A stretch of DNA of 64,000 bases from an uncultured Spirochaetales bacterium (GTDB taxonomy: Bacteria; Spirochaetota; Spirochaetia; Sphaerochaetales; Sphaerochaetaceae): the NCBI GenBank assembly GCA_949293335.1, contig CASFDA010000010.1, forward strand, positions 2,567 through 66,566. The letters run 5' to 3'. The notes under the pieces are model-generated. The model was given only the letters and a program-made list of their open reading frames with translations. It had not been told where the DNA came from and did not search any database. The position numbers and the translations under genes are program-made. Shown in pieces: positions 18,834-28,880 of the stretch (positions are counted from its first letter, which is position 1; every line of letters begins with the position of its first letter).

Positions 18834-19760
18834 ATGAGTACTAAGGAAAAAACTTTAAAACGAAAATTTGCATTTTTAAATAAAATTTTCTGGATTGGTT
18901 TTTATTCAAAACATTGGATAAATTACATAAACAATAAGAAAATAAATTTGTTTATGAGCACTATAGGAAATGAAGCTCAATCCCTTATTGAAAAATACAA
19001 AGATACTGTTGTTCCTTCTAGCCCTATAGGAAATAGAGTTTGGGTATTTTGGTACACTGGATTGGAAACTGCTCCTTCCATAGTAAAAAAATGCATTGAA
19101 GAGATGAAGAAAGTTGAGGAGATTGATCTTGTCGTATTAGATAAAAACAACTTAGATAATTATTTCAACTGGAACGAGGATATAAAGAAACGTTTTACAG
19201 ATGGAACCATATCTGTAACTTTTCTTTCAGATGTAATACGTAATCAGCTTTTATCTCGATTTGGCGGGTTCTGGTTCGATGCTACCCTTTTAATCATAGA
19301 CAAGTCTTTCTTGAAAGAACATATGAATGATAATTTCTACTCTTTAAAGCATGGAGACTATGCAGCTTGCTCACATTTTAACAATGGTATGTGGAGTTCT
19401 TTTCTTACAGGAGCACCAAAAAATCATCCTCTTACCTCTTTTGCTTATGAGTTTTTTTGTTGGTATTGCAGCAAATATGAGAGCTTGGTGGATTATTTTC
19501 TAATTGATTATGTGTATATGCTTGCTTATCTCTCATTCGATCAGGTAAAAACTCAAATTGATTCTCTCGAGGCAGAGAATGAAGATGTGTTTTATATGGG
19601 GCGCAATATTCACAAAAAATGTACAGCAGTAAAGTGGGAGCAAGTTTTATATAAAAATAAACTACAAAAGCTGATATGGAATGTGAAAGGAGCTGAGAAA
19701 TTAGGAAAAGAGTCTTTCTATTCTCGTATTCTTGCTTATAACGGAGAAGAAAATGACTAA
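18834..19760 (+). CDS. capsular polysaccharide synthesis protein family glycosyltransferase (Caps_synth / GT32-like), paralogue
   Basis: RVWVFWYTGLETAPSIVKKCIEEMKK...FLSDVIRNQLLSRFGGFWFDATLLI parallels 15958..16917. Confidence 0.75.
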   Translation: MSTKEKTLKRKFAFLNKIFWIGFYSKHWINYINNKKINLFMSTIGNEAQSLIEKYKDTVVPSSPIGNRVWVFWYTGLETAPSIVKKCIEEMKKVEEIDLVVLDKNNLDNYFNWNEDIKKRFTDGTISVTFLSDVIRNQLLSRFGGFWFDATLLIIDKSFLKEHMNDNFYSLKHGDYAACSHFNNGMWSSFLTGAPKNHPLTSFAYEFFCWYCSKYESLVDYFLIDYVYMLAYLSFDQVKTQIDSLEAENEDVFYMGRNIHKKCTAVKWEQVLYKNKLQKLIWNVKGAEKLGKESFYSRILAYNGEEND

Positions 19761-20901
19761 TCGAAAGCTCAGAGTGTTATATGTTTTTGGTGCTATTTCA
19801 GATGGTGGTGTTGAACATATCACTTCGGATCTAGTAAAAAATATGGATCCTGAAGTTGTTACTGTTTCAGCAGTTTATCATAGTTGTGATATAAAAGAAG
19901 GAATACAGGCTATACCTTGTCTTTATGAGCTGTGGCCCAATATGGAAAAGGCTCCTAATTTCAACACCTTGAATTGTGTGCAGTATAGGCATTGGTGGAA
20001 AAGCTTCATTGCTTCACATGAAAAATATGACATTGTTCATCTTCATTATGTTGATTCAGCTTTCTGTTATTTAGATTTATTTAAAAAAGCTGGGACAATA
20101 ACAATTTGTCATTCGCATAACCCACACGCAAAGCCTTTTACATTAGGTCTCCTCTGGAGCATGATAATATCATATCCAGCTCGATATATATGTGATTATG
20201 CTTTTGGGTGTTCACATCAAGCCGCAGAAGAGATATTTGGTCGCAAAATGCTTGAAAGCGGGCGCTGTCAAGTTTTATTTAATGGCATATATTTAGACAA
20301 GTTTAAATATAACAAAGAAAAACGAAATCTAATCCGCAGAGAAGAAGGTATTAGTGACGATAAGGTCATCATAGGCCATGTTGGACGTTTTGAATATCAA
20401 AAGAATCACAGTTTTCTTATAGATATCTTCAATTATTATCACAATGAGATTAATAACAATTCAGAGCTTTGGCTTATTGGTACTGGTAGCCTTTTGGGGC
20501 AAATACAAGAAAAAGTAAAAACATTGGGATTGACCGATCATGTTAGATTCTTTGGCAATATATCGAATGTAAGTGACTATTTGCAGGCGTTCGATTGTTT
20601 TTTGATGCCATCGAATTATGAAGGACTGTCTTTGGCAATTGTTGAAGCACAAGTTTCTGGTCTTCCTTGTGTTGTATCTGATGCTATCCAGTTTGACAGT
20701 GATATTAAAGCAGGACTGCTCCATGTATTATCATTGAAAAAATCATCTATAAAAGATTGGTCATTGATGATCGATAACGTAGTAAAGAAAGAGAGGTTTG
20801 ACTGTACAACTTATGCAAAAGAAGCAGGCTTCGATATCAAGGAAGTTGCAAAGCAACTACAGAAGTTATATTGTGATGTTTGCCTGAGATTCTCAAATTA
20901 A
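19753..20901 (+). CDS. glycosyltransferase family 4
   Basis: LRVLYVFGAISDGGVEH and NYEGLSLAIVEAQVSGLPCVVSD (E-x7-E). Start at ATG 19753 behind GGAGAAG; the track start is a TTG. Overlaps the preceding gene by 8 nt. Confidence 0.8.
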   Translation: MTNRKLRVLYVFGAISDGGVEHITSDLVKNMDPEVVTVSAVYHSCDIKEGIQAIPCLYELWPNMEKAPNFNTLNCVQYRHWWKSFIASHEKYDIVHLHYVDSAFCYLDLFKKAGTITICHSHNPHAKPFTLGLLWSMIISYPARYICDYAFGCSHQAAEEIFGRKMLESGRCQVLFNGIYLDKFKYNKEKRNLIRREEGISDDKVIIGHVGRFEYQKNHSFLIDIFNYYHNEINNNSELWLIGTGSLLGQIQEKVKTLGLTDHVRFFGNISNVSDYLQAFDCFLMPSNYEGLSLAIVEAQVSGLPCVVSDAIQFDSDIKAGLLHVLSLKKSSIKDWSLMIDNVVKKERFDCTTYAKEAGFDIKEVAKQLQKLYCDVCLRFSN

Positions 20902-20950
20902 GACTTAATTTGTAAAACTTTAGGTCTGTACATTTATATTATAAACAGCA

Positions 20951-21982
20951 ATGGGGTTTAATGTGTTTTATAATTTATTGACTCATAAGAAAAAGGCTTC
21001 GGGGGGGGCGCTAGCAATATTTTTAATTTTGATTTTGATTGCTATTCCTTCCTGTTCTCGTGAAACTGAAAGCAATGAAATCATGATATATACAACAGGG
21101 GAAGATTTCCGGACAGAAAATCTAAGAGCAGATCTAGATGAAAGGTTTCCTGACTATGATATAACCATTGAGTACTATCCAACAGGTAATCTTGCTGCCA
21201 AGCTTGTAGCAGAATCAGGACATTCCGAAGGTGATATTATACACTCATTCGATTATGGTTATTACAGTATGGTTGGTCATGAATTTGCTCCTCTTGACTA
21301 CGATACTTCTGTATATGATCCAGATGCTTTGATTTTTGATAATGATGGTACCTTGCGTATTGTTCCAGAGTTGAAAAATAGCGGAGTTGTAGTTGTGAAT
21401 ACAGAGGTTCTTGCAGAAAGAAATTTGCCCGAACCTGAAAGTTATATGGATCTGCTAGATCCAATGTACAAAGGTTTGATTTCGATGCCAAATCCAAAAA
21501 CTTCTGGTACGGGATACATGTTTCTTAAGCTCCTAGTTAATGAGATGGGAGAAGATGAGGCTTTCAGCTATTTTGATGCTTTCAGTGATAATGTGCTCCA
21601 GTATACAACTTCTGGGTCTGGTCCAGTGAATGCACTTGTGCAAAAAGAGGTGGCTATAGGGCTAGCGATGACTGCACAGGTAGTTGAAGAACAGCAGAAA
21701 GGAGCTCCTCTGAAGATCATTGCATTGGATTATGGTAGCCCATTTTGTTTCTATGGAAGTGCTATCATCAACGGTAAAGAAACCAGAGCACAAGTCAAAG
21801 AGGTCTTTGACTATATAGTAACTGACTATATTCCAAAAGAAAGAGAACTGTGGTTCCCAGAAAAGATATACAAAGATAAGGACTTCATTATTCAAGGATA
21901 TCCGACAGATATTGTCTATGGAGATATGTCAAATAATACACCAGAAGAAAAGGAAAGGCTTCTTTCTAAGTGGGAATATTGA
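20951..21982 (+). CDS. ABC transporter substrate-binding lipoprotein (Fe3+/thiamine/2-aminoethylphosphonate-type family)
   Basis: 343 aa. Signal peptide ends in a lipobox-like IAIPSCS. The KTSGTGYMFLKL block is typical of this class of type-II SBPs. Confidence 0.7.
   Translation: MGFNVFYNLLTHKKKASGGALAIFLILILIAIPSCSRETESNEIMIYTTGEDFRTENLRADLDERFPDYDITIEYYPTGNLAAKLVAESGHSEGDIIHSFDYGYYSMVGHEFAPLDYDTSVYDPDALIFDNDGTLRIVPELKNSGVVVVNTEVLAERNLPEPESYMDLLDPMYKGLISMPNPKTSGTGYMFLKLLVNEMGEDEAFSYFDAFSDNVLQYTTSGSGPVNALVQKEVAIGLAMTAQVVEEQQKGAPLKIIALDYGSPFCFYGSAIINGKETRAQVKEVFDYIVTDYIPKERELWFPEKIYKDKDFIIQGYPTDIVYGDMSNNTPEEKERLLSKWEY
21001..21008 (+). repeat. homopolymeric G8 tract inside codons 17-20 of the SBP gene
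   Basis: cttc GGGGGGGG cgc, read directly. It encodes ...ASGGA... in the signal-peptide region. It is the longest G/C run I noticed in the window and lies in an AT-rich locus. Confidence 0.9.
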
Positions 21983-22761
21983 TGAGTAAGAAGATAGAGG
22001 TTATAGGTCTTTCAAAAAGATTCAATGCGGGAAAAGAAATTCTTGATGATGTAAGCTTTGATGTAGAAGAAAGTGAATTCTTGTCGATACTTGGTCCTTC
22101 GGGGTGTGGAAAGACGACTCTTTTGCGAATACTTATTGGTTTGCTTTCACCTACATCTGGAAAAATAATTAAAGATGGAATTGATATCACATTGCTTCCT
22201 CCGGATAGAAGGAGCATGGGAATAGTCTTTCAGAATTATGCACTATTTGAAAATATGTCAGCCATCAAGAATGTTGCCTATGCTTTATATGTGCATCATG
22301 ACACAAAGGAAGATGCATATAAGAAAGCAGAAGAGATCCTGACTCTGATGGGGCTTTCTAAGGATATTTTCCACCTTAAACCTGCAATGCTATCTGGAGG
22401 ACAGCAGCAGCGTGTTGCAATTGCTAGAACTCTTGCACTTGGACCTGATGTAATATTGTTTGACGAACCGCTGAGCGCTCTTGATATTGATACGCGAATT
22501 CTCCTGAGAAAAGAAATAAAGACACTTCAGAAGAAGCTTGGGACAACAATGATCTATGTTACCCATGATCAGGAGGAGGCTTTCTCTTTATCTGATAGAA
22601 TCATGGTTATGCAGAACGGAAAAATAGAACAGATAGGAACTCCAGATGAACTGATCGACAATCCTTCAAGTGATTATGTTCGTCATTTTGTTCGTGATAA
22701 TATAGAAGCGAAGATAGAGGGCCTGATAAGGTTCTATAGAAAGGAAGAACTTACAAAGTGA
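21982..22761 (+). CDS. ABC transporter ATP-binding protein
   Basis: Walker A GPSGCGKTT, signature LSGGQQQRVAIAR, Walker B ILFDEPLSALD. The ATG shares one base with the SBP TGA. Short (259 aa), with no C-terminal TOBE-like extension. Confidence 0.9.
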   Translation: MSKKIEVIGLSKRFNAGKEILDDVSFDVEESEFLSILGPSGCGKTTLLRILIGLLSPTSGKIIKDGIDITLLPPDRRSMGIVFQNYALFENMSAIKNVAYALYVHHDTKEDAYKKAEEILTLMGLSKDIFHLKPAMLSGGQQQRVAIARTLALGPDVILFDEPLSALDIDTRILLRKEIKTLQKKLGTTMIYVTHDQEEAFSLSDRIMVMQNGKIEQIGTPDELIDNPSSDYVRHFVRDNIEAKIEGLIRFYRKEELTK

Positions 22762-24311
22762 AAAAGAAAATCTCGTATCTTCTTCTGTTATTCTTTTTTA
22801 TCGCTCTATGCTTTCCAATAATCCTACTATTTATAGAGGCAGGGCAATCTGATGTAGCGGAGATCCTGTTTTCTTCAAGGTTCTCGGAAGCATTGAAGAA
22901 TTCTATTATCTCTTCAAGTGTTGCAACATTTTTCTCTGTGACTCTTGCATATCTTCTTTCGTATTCTCTTACAAGGGTTAATATTCCTTTTTCTAGTGTT
23001 TTTAATATTCTTTTTACTTCGCCGATGCTGTTGCCATCCCTGTCGATTGGAATGGGTATAATTCTTCTTTTTGGACAGAATGGTATTGTTACTAGACTTT
23101 TCAATTCAAGTACATCTATTTATGGTTTCATTGGTATCGTGCTGGGGTCAATACTTTACTCTTTCCCTGTTGCCCTGATAATGATTACAGAGATGCTCAA
23201 AGGGGAGGATGCAACTCCATATGAAGCAGCGAAGGTTCTTCAATTAGGGAAGATACATACTTTTTTAGCTGTTACGTTTCCTTATATCAAGAAACCAATG
23301 ATAGCTACGATATTTGCTGTTTTTACAATGATAATTACAGATTATGGTGTGCCGTTAATGATAGGGGGAAGATATGTAACTCTTCCAGTGATAATGTATC
23401 AGGATGTAATTGGCATGCTCGATTTCGGAAAAGGAGCGGTCATTGGAATTGTACTTCTTTTTCCTGCTGTTGTTGCTTTCATACTTGAAGTGGTTAATAA
23501 GGATTCTAATATATCTACATTTACAAGAAAGCAGATAGAAAAGACAGACAAGATATTAGTGAGAAACATTGTATTCATAATTTGTCTCGTTGCTCTTTTG
23601 CTCGTAGTTGCTCCAATCATTTGTTTTTTAATCCTTTCTTTCTCAACTGATTATCCTGTTAATCTGGCATTTACAACAGAGCACATAAGATCAACATTAG
23701 ATAGGGGAGCGCTTGAGTATTGGGGCAATTCTCTCCTAATCTCGTTTTTTACATCTTTTATCGGTACAGGAATTTCATTTATGACTGCTTATATTACAAC
23801 AAGATGTAATGTAAAGAGTCGGAATATTCTGCACATATTATCTCTTCTCACACTTGCTATTCCTGGTATTGTACTCGGACTTTCTTATTCGATGGCTTTT
23901 AGTGGATCTTTCATATATGGAACGATATTAATACTTGTGTTTGTTAATATAATTCACTTTTTCTCTTCCCCGTATCTTATGGCTAATAATGCTTTGAGTA
24001 AGATTAATAGTAATCTTGAAGATGTAGGGGCCACCCTTGGCATTCCTCGTCTTAATTTCATTTTCAATGTCATTGTTCCAATATCATTTTCATCAATGGT
24101 TGAGATGGCTTCATATTTCTTCATCAATTCGATGATGACAATATCTGCTGTGTCATTTCTTGCTACGTCCCATACTCGTCCACTTTCTCTTCTCATTTCT
24201 TCTTTTGAAGCGCAGATGCTGATCGAATGTATTGGGGTTGTCTCATTGATGATATTCCTGACAAACATAGTGGCAAAATTCTTATTTCATTTGTTAAAGA
24301 AGGTTGTATGA
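22758..24311 (+). CDS. ABC transporter permease, fused double-domain (ThiP/FbpB/AfuB-like)
   Basis: 517 aa with two tandem 6-TM permease halves. The GTG start overlaps the ATPase stop (GTGA). Confidence 0.85.
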   Translation: MKKKISYLLLLFFFIALCFPIILLFIEAGQSDVAEILFSSRFSEALKNSIISSSVATFFSVTLAYLLSYSLTRVNIPFSSVFNILFTSPMLLPSLSIGMGIILLFGQNGIVTRLFNSSTSIYGFIGIVLGSILYSFPVALIMITEMLKGEDATPYEAAKVLQLGKIHTFLAVTFPYIKKPMIATIFAVFTMIITDYGVPLMIGGRYVTLPVIMYQDVIGMLDFGKGAVIGIVLLFPAVVAFILEVVNKDSNISTFTRKQIEKTDKILVRNIVFIICLVALLLVVAPIICFLILSFSTDYPVNLAFTTEHIRSTLDRGALEYWGNSLLISFFTSFIGTGISFMTAYITTRCNVKSRNILHILSLLTLAIPGIVLGLSYSMAFSGSFIYGTILILVFVNIIHFFSSPYLMANNALSKINSNLEDVGATLGIPRLNFIFNVIVPISFSSMVEMASYFFINSMMTISAVSFLATSHTRPLSLLISSFEAQMLIECIGVVSLMIFLTNIVAKFLFHLLKKVV

Positions 24312-25219
24312 ACAAAAGTGAATTCGATTTACTAACATTAATTTATAAGAATAAGAAGACAAGACTGGAAGATTTATCAAAAGTCACAAGAACTCCGCTT
24401 GCGCGAATAACACAAATTGTTGAAAAGCTAAAAGATGATGGTATTCTTTCCGAATCCAGAAAAAAAGAGATTAGCATTTCCGAAAAAGGAGAACTGAGGC
24501 TTGAGCCATATCGAGTGAGAAAAATGCTGATAATCGCTGCGGGCTTTGGCTCTCGTCTTGTTCCTGTGACACTAAATACACCCAAACCGCTTATCAGAGT
24601 AAATGGTACAAGGATAATTGATACTATTCTCGATACATCTTTGGCTGCTGGAATAGAGGATATAACGATTGTAAGAGGGTATCTTTCTGAGCAGTTTGAT
24701 CAGCTATTATATAAGTACCCAAATCTGAAGTTTGTTTATAATCCATATTTCAATGAAGCGAATAACATTTCTTCACTTTATATATCTTCATCGCAGGTTG
24801 ATGCAGAAAATATGTACATTGCAGAGGCTGATTTGCTTATATCAAATCCATCGATTATAGAGAAATACCAATGGTCATCAAATTATTTGGGAGTTCCGGT
24901 AAAACGAACTGACGACTGGTGCTTTACAGTATCTTCTGATAAAGATTCCAAAATACAAAGCCTTTCTGTAGGTGGATATGATTGTTATCATATGTTTGGA
25001 ATTTCATTTTGGGCCAAAACCGACGTTGAAAAGTTATATGAAGATGTTCGGAAAGCCTGGCTTCTTCCTGGAGGAAAAGAGAAGTACTGGGATCAAGTAC
25101 CTCTCGATATTTTTAAAGATGACTTTTCTGTCTCGGTACGAAAATGCTCTTTTTCTGACATCGCAGAGATAGATACTTTCAGAGAATTGCAGGATATTGA
25201 TCATTCTTATTGCTATTAA
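24308..25219 (+). CDS. winged-helix + LicC-like nucleotidyltransferase (phospho-headgroup cytidylyltransferase family)
   Basis: ATG 24308 overlaps the permease TGA (ATGA). Residues 1-70 look like a MarR-type wHTH (LEDLSKVTRTPLARITQIVEKLKDDGIL). This is followed by the LIIAAGFGSRLVPVTLNTPKPLIRVNG nucleotide-binding loop, as in LicC. Confidence 0.7.
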   Translation: MNKSEFDLLTLIYKNKKTRLEDLSKVTRTPLARITQIVEKLKDDGILSESRKKEISISEKGELRLEPYRVRKMLIIAAGFGSRLVPVTLNTPKPLIRVNGTRIIDTILDTSLAAGIEDITIVRGYLSEQFDQLLYKYPNLKFVYNPYFNEANNISSLYISSSQVDAENMYIAEADLLISNPSIIEKYQWSSNYLGVPVKRTDDWCFTVSSDKDSKIQSLSVGGYDCYHMFGISFWAKTDVEKLYEDVRKAWLLPGGKEKYWDQVPLDIFKDDFSVSVRKCSFSDIAEIDTFRELQDIDHSYCY

Positions 25220-26049
25220 GAATTGATCCATGCTGTAAAACCATGTGTAATGCGTTTTTCAACTGGAGGGAGTTCCATATAGTCTTTTCCATAAGCTTTC
25301 TTGAGATATGTGTCATAGTCATTAGGGACACAAAGCATGCTGTCTCTGAATTTTATTCTTCTGACTGGAAATAACACTTCCTTTTTTACTGCGGATCGCT
25401 CAATCCCTTCTCCCCAGATGATGTTGCCACAGTAATTGGCATCATCAAAGTTGATTTTAGATGCCACTTCGTTTGCCTTTTTAGTAAAAAATGGACGAAT
25501 TTGTTTGTAAAGAAGATGAGGGATGAATGTTCCTATATTATTGATCAGTTTGATAAGAGGTTTCTCATTTCCTCTGTTTATCCACATTGTTCCCATTGCC
25601 GGCTGCTTTATCATATTAACTCTGTTCTGGAGCTTTTCCATTTCTTTTTTCTCATCAGGAAGGCCATCTAATGGGAAAATGTCTACATATATTCCTATAT
25701 TGTATGGCTTGTAGTATTCTGTCTCATCAATAATCCTGGAATTAGGAAGATAGATCTTTCCAAAAGGAAAGGGGTATAAACCAGTTTCGTCATTTTCTGG
25801 TGAAATGTAATCGAAGTCTAGATTCTTTTCTGTCTTAATAAGTTCAGACAGCTTCATGTAATCAGGCCTGGGGACATATACATCCATGTCATCATCCCAG
25901 GGAATAAAGTCATGGTGTCTGACAGCCCCAAGGCAAGACCCATCAGATAACATGTATGTGATTGAGTGTTTTTCGCAAAACTTGTCAAAAGATACTACTA
26001 GAGAATATAGGATTTCATGCAGTTCATTGATTGATTCAATCTTTTTCAT
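25216..26049 (-). CDS. LicD-family phosphotransferase (phosphocholine/phospho-alcohol transferase)
   Basis: MLSDGSCLGAVRHHDFIPWDDDMDVYVPR is the signature N-terminal LicD motif. 277 aa. Confidence 0.85.
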   Translation of the reverse strand: MKKIESINELHEILYSLVVSFDKFCEKHSITYMLSDGSCLGAVRHHDFIPWDDDMDVYVPRPDYMKLSELIKTEKNLDFDYISPENDETGLYPFPFGKIYLPNSRIIDETEYYKPYNIGIYVDIFPLDGLPDEKKEMEKLQNRVNMIKQPAMGTMWINRGNEKPLIKLINNIGTFIPHLLYKQIRPFFTKKANEVASKINFDDANYCGNIIWGEGIERSAVKKEVLFPVRRIKFRDSMLCVPNDYDTYLKKAYGKDYMELPPVEKRITHGFTAWINS

Positions 26050-26181
26050 AAAAGTTCTATTTCCTTAAAAAAACTTGGATATAATGCATCTAAGCAAAGA
26101 ATATGTTAGTATAACTTTGTTATTTTCAAAAGAGTTTTAAGCTTTTGTGTAAAAGTTGATTGATAGGGGATAGCAGGTAGT

Positions 26182-26970
26182 ATGGAAACTATTTTTGTAG
26201 TAAGTCATCTAAATAATTTTAAAATATCCACAAGATCAAATCTTCATCAAATTATTCGTGTCGGTGAATCAGCAAACATGCTTTCTGAATGCGAAGAATA
26301 TAAAGATAACACTTTAGACAATATATCTCAAAAAAATAAATTTTATTGTGAGCTTACTGCTTTGTATTGGATATGGAAGAATATTAATTGCGATGTAATT
26401 GGACTAGAACATTATCGTAGATATTTTATCGGAACTGAACCGCTTGTAGTTAATCCTAACGGAAAACCAGAATTAATTTATGCAATTTCTAAAGATGAAA
26501 TTAATGATATTTTAGCATCTTCAAATGATACCATGATTTTGCCAAAGCCCTGGATAATGAAGAAAACAACTGTTAAAGATCAATTTAGTTCTTTTCATGG
26601 TCGAGCGAATTATTTACTGATGGAGAAATGCTTGGTTGAAACTTATCCAAACTTACGAGAAGCTTTTCTTGATATAATGAATTCAAATAGAATTTATACA
26701 TGTAACATGTTTATTTGTAAAACCAATTTAATACATAAGTATTGTGAGTGGTTATTTCCTTTGCTTCTTAAAATAGAGAATGCTATGGATCTAAGTTTGC
26801 CTGCCAATAATCGCATGATTGGATATATGAGTGAGCGCTTATTTAATGTTTGGTTACTCATACAACATCCACATATTGTAGAAAAAGATACTATTGTTTT
26901 TGTTGGTAAGGAGAATGGATTAATAAAAAGAATGAAAAGAAGAATTCAAGCAAGGAAAATGGGATATTAG
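26182..26970 (+). CDS. DUF4422 domain protein (putative glycosyltransferase)
   Basis: YCELTALYWIWKNINCDVIGLEHYRRYF is the hallmark block of DUF4422 exopolysaccharide proteins. Confidence 0.7.
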   Translation: METIFVVSHLNNFKISTRSNLHQIIRVGESANMLSECEEYKDNTLDNISQKNKFYCELTALYWIWKNINCDVIGLEHYRRYFIGTEPLVVNPNGKPELIYAISKDEINDILASSNDTMILPKPWIMKKTTVKDQFSSFHGRANYLLMEKCLVETYPNLREAFLDIMNSNRIYTCNMFICKTNLIHKYCEWLFPLLLKIENAMDLSLPANNRMIGYMSERLFNVWLLIQHPHIVEKDTIVFVGKENGLIKRMKRRIQARKMGY

Positions 26971-26979
26971 ATTATTGTT

Positions 26980-27584
26980 TTACATAGAATTGATGAAATG
27001 ATTTTTTGAGACTTTGTTATGAGTTTTGGGGAAAGGGACTCGGCCTCTTATGAGTAATAGATGGCAATCAGCAGTGAGTGTGCGACTGCCATCTTTGCCT
27101 TGTTCTTTCACCTTTCTTCCTGTTTGATCATAAGTCTTGAGTATTGTTCGGCGAAGAGAGAACTTGCCCCTTGAAGATCCTAGCGCCACATAGCAACGGT
27201 GTCGTCCTGAGTAGCAAGTTGCCCATGCGAGTCTTTCTATTCCTCCATATCCCCAAAAGTCTTGTGTGTTTTATCAAGAGGTAAAACAAAATGGGAAGTG
27301 TAGTCAAAAACTAAGATATAGAAATAAGGAAAAAGGTATAGATGTACGCAATAGATGACAAGAAGAAAGTAATAGAGCTTTACTAAAGTACGGCATTAGA
27401 TCCATAGGTTTGTTTCATGCGCTCTAGCACATCTCGTGTTGTCTCCCATTTGCATCCCAGCCATTCTGGCTGTCTGCCTTATGGAGTGACCTCGTTTCAA
27501 CAGCAGCATATCCTGCCAGTAGTTTCCTTTTTCATAAACTACCTTCGATAGAATGAAATAACGGCCCTTACGAGCCGTATCCAA
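26980..27584 (-). pseudogene. degenerate transposase/HTH remnant (fragments in different frames)
   Basis: 27396..27584 encodes ...YWQDMLLLKRGHSIRQTARMAGM..., which resembles the N-terminal HTH of IS21/IS30-type transposases. The downstream frame (about 27270..26980) has no proper start. Stops interrupt continuity and no intact DDE domain is present. Confidence 0.3.
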
Positions 27585-27968
27585 TCCTATTATCTATTAT
27601 CCATTCTTGTCGGTGAAGTGCAGATCATTTTGCAATATCCAAATTCTTGCGCACATCTTATTCATTTTTACTGTTGGAATATAATATGGTAAGGAACAAG
27701 CAGGTTGAGGTTAAGAAGATCGTGATGCAGTCGTTGAGTTCATCTTCTTCCACAATTATAAAAGACTAAAGGACGTACTTGGAGGGTGTTTCCAATAAAG
27801 TTTAGATTGTAAAACATGAGCGGAATTCACATTGAAGATTGACAGCTAAGACATGGAATAGGAAGATAGCAAGTGAACTATAACTATTATCAATTGGATA
27901 CAGTAGAAGAAAGAGTGTTCATATACCGGGTACATATATCAGCTATTAAATGGGAAGGTTTTTGAATA

Positions 27969-28880
27969 ATGATAAAAAAAGGATTTGAAAAAGAAATTAT
28001 AGATGGTTATGAAGTCTCTGAAAAAACAAAAAAAATCTGGTACGTTGAATTAGATTTATTACGAAAGTTTATTCAAGTATGCGAGGAAAATGATATAAAA
28101 TATTATTTAGCAGATGGTAGCCTGTTAGGTGCAGTTAGACATAAGGGCTTTATTCCTTGGGATAATGACATAGACATTGCTGTTCCTCGAAAGGATTATA
28201 ATAGGTTATTGAAAATAGCTCAGGCAAAATTTGTTTATCCATATTTTTTTCAATCATCATATTCTGATAAATACTATTTAAGGTTTCATTCACAATTAAG
28301 AAATACTACTACGACGGCAATCTTGGATGCTGAAAAGGGTGTTGCAAAGTTTAATCAAGGAATCTTTATTGATATTTTTCCATTAGATTGCTGTGCTCCA
28401 AATATAAAATTACAAAAAAAATTAGATAGGAAAATAAAATTCTACAATGCTCTTTTTTCATATATTGTTCCTTCCTGCCGAGAATCAAAAAAAGTAATAG
28501 GAATTATTCATAGTGTTCTATTAAATATAATTAGTTTATTTTTTATAGATAGAATTAAGCATAGGATATTTGCTCATGCCGATAAAATTTTGTCTTTATA
28601 TTCTAATAGTAAATCAACACTATCATACAATTTTTGGATTTCATCAGCAGATTTACCGTATAATGTTTTTGTAAATTCAAATGGTCAGAATTCATTTTTG
28701 GAATTTGAAGGAATAAAAGTAGCCGTTCCTTTTGATTATCAGAAATACTTGAAAATAAAATTTGGTGATGATTATATGATTCCGAAAAAAGGTGGTGATT
28801 CGCATGGGGAAGTTTTTTTTGATCCAGAAAATAGTTATGTAAAATATGTACGACGTAGAAGGTTGTGGGTTTTATATTAA
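27969..28880 (+). CDS. LicD-family phosphotransferase, second copy
   Basis: YLADGSLLGAVRHKGFIPWDNDIDIAVPR. 303 aa, in a very AT-rich context. Confidence 0.85.
   Translation: MIKKGFEKEIIDGYEVSEKTKKIWYVELDLLRKFIQVCEENDIKYYLADGSLLGAVRHKGFIPWDNDIDIAVPRKDYNRLLKIAQAKFVYPYFFQSSYSDKYYLRFHSQLRNTTTTAILDAEKGVAKFNQGIFIDIFPLDCCAPNIKLQKKLDRKIKFYNALFSYIVPSCRESKKVIGIIHSVLLNIISLFFIDRIKHRIFAHADKILSLYSNSKSTLSYNFWISSADLPYNVFVNSNGQNSFLEFEGIKVAVPFDYQKYLKIKFGDDYMIPKKGGDSHGEVFFDPENSYVKYVRRRRLWVLY

Noticed and set aside
26980-27584. Intact IS element or transposase gene
   Set aside because: Only short HTH-like fragments in different frames are present. There is no DDE domain and I could identify no terminal inverted repeats, so I treated it as decayed debris with low confidence.
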